A stretch of 64,000 bases of DNA from Camelus ferus (lineage: Eukaryota), in the NCBI RefSeq assembly GCF_009834535.1, contig NC_045697.1:79610001-79674000 (forward strand). Reading direction: 5' to 3'. A program made the translations under genes and the position numbers. Every line of letters starts with the position of its first letter. Position 1 is the first letter of the stretch. Positions 62,823-64,000 of the stretch are shown here, piece by piece. The notes below the pieces were generated by a model, which was given only the letters and a program-made list of their open reading frames with translations, was not told the origin of the DNA and searched no databases.

Positions 62823-64000
62823 CAAAATACAATAATTTGAATTATTTGTGCTGTTGTTCCCAAAGGATTCTGCAGGGCATAAATTGATGACACTATTTAC
62901 ATTCTGTCTCAAAATCTCTTAATCTGAAGATTATGCCACATTCTAACAAATAAAATAAAAAAGCGTGACAGTAATACTAATGATATTCTCTGCTATCTTC
63001 TTAGTGCTTTGCATTTTAGATTTATGTTGTTTGGCATGCTAATAGAATTATTGGTTTTGGATTACAAATTGGTTTTTTGTGTCCTTTAATTTTTTTATTT
63101 TCAATATTCATGCTGATTACTTTCTGTTTTTGAAAAATTGTTACAGTTTTTCCATGGCAGTTTATTTTCCTATGTTCCTACCTGTTGTTTACTTGGCTAT
63201 TATTTATTTGGCTACTTCTGGGACTGGGATTAGTGTTTGCTTATCATCATTTCTGCATCATTATTTAAGTCTATTATACTGCTAATCAGGGGTGGCAGTA
63301 TCCTCTGCTTTAATTGACTTCCCCATTACTTAAGCTTGCTATTGAATTTCTATTTTCTTCTACTTTGTATTTAATAAATATTTATCATTTTCTACACGCA
63401 AAGACTTTTTGGATTGACTAAAGTGGAACTTTTCTTAGCTTACGAGACATTTATTAGTATACTGGGATATGCATATTAGGAATGTCCTCTGGCCTTAGTT
63501 CCATATTGAAAATTGGCAGATACATCTTCTAGAGTAAATGAATTTATAGGTGACAGTGAAGACTTGTAGCAGCTCTACAGAACTGTAGTTTATAATTCCA
63601 TTAGCTTTAGTCAGGTTACATTTCTTTATCACAGATATTTTTCTTTATAAGTATTAAATATGCTTTTAAAAAAACAAATGATATTTTTAAATAAATAGAA
63701 CACTTAACATTAGCTCACTCATTGGCATTAACGTTGGTTGAAATCCAACCTTTCAGGTGAGGAAATAAAACAATTAGTTTATTTTATGAAAGCCAATAAA
63801 ATAATTAATGTAACTAATTTTAATATATAGTGAATTATTTTTAATGCACCTAAATCCTAACAATTTGAGATGCATACAGCTTTTAATATCTTTTTATTTT
63901 TCCTAAGACAAATGAAATAGGCGTATTACAAGATAGAATTCTCTTAGCACAAAATAACAAGCAGAAAATTAATAAACCAGCATTTTGTTCATACTTCTGT

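Overview
This is AT-rich mammalian genomic DNA, not prokaryotic. Three tRNA-Ala-derived SINEs match the camelid vic-1 family, so the source is most likely a camelid (Camelus/Vicugna/Lama). No protein-coding gene can be supported. The ORF track reflects microsatellites, chance ORFs and decayed L1/Tigger coding relics. The window is a mosaic of ancient repeats (MIR, L2, L1M, MER5A, MER45A, MER58B, MER94, Charlie1, Tigger13a, MLT1, MER31/MER34-like LTRs) and younger cetartiodactyl/camelid insertions (L1 3' ends, ERV1 solo LTRs, vic-1), several with readable target-site duplications (TSDs). Most L1s and LTRs lie on the minus strand, which suggests a long intron of a plus-strand gene that I cannot name. 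The most interesting signal is a candidate recursive-splicing site at 46360/46361 (polypyrimidine-TAG|GTAAGT). It is followed by a 61-nt exon with stop codons in all three frames and its own downstream donor. Other notable structures are a twin-primed L1, several nested insertions and an LTR with an internal polypurine tract. Repeat family names come from my recall of consensus sequences, not a database search, and boundaries of old repeats are approximate.
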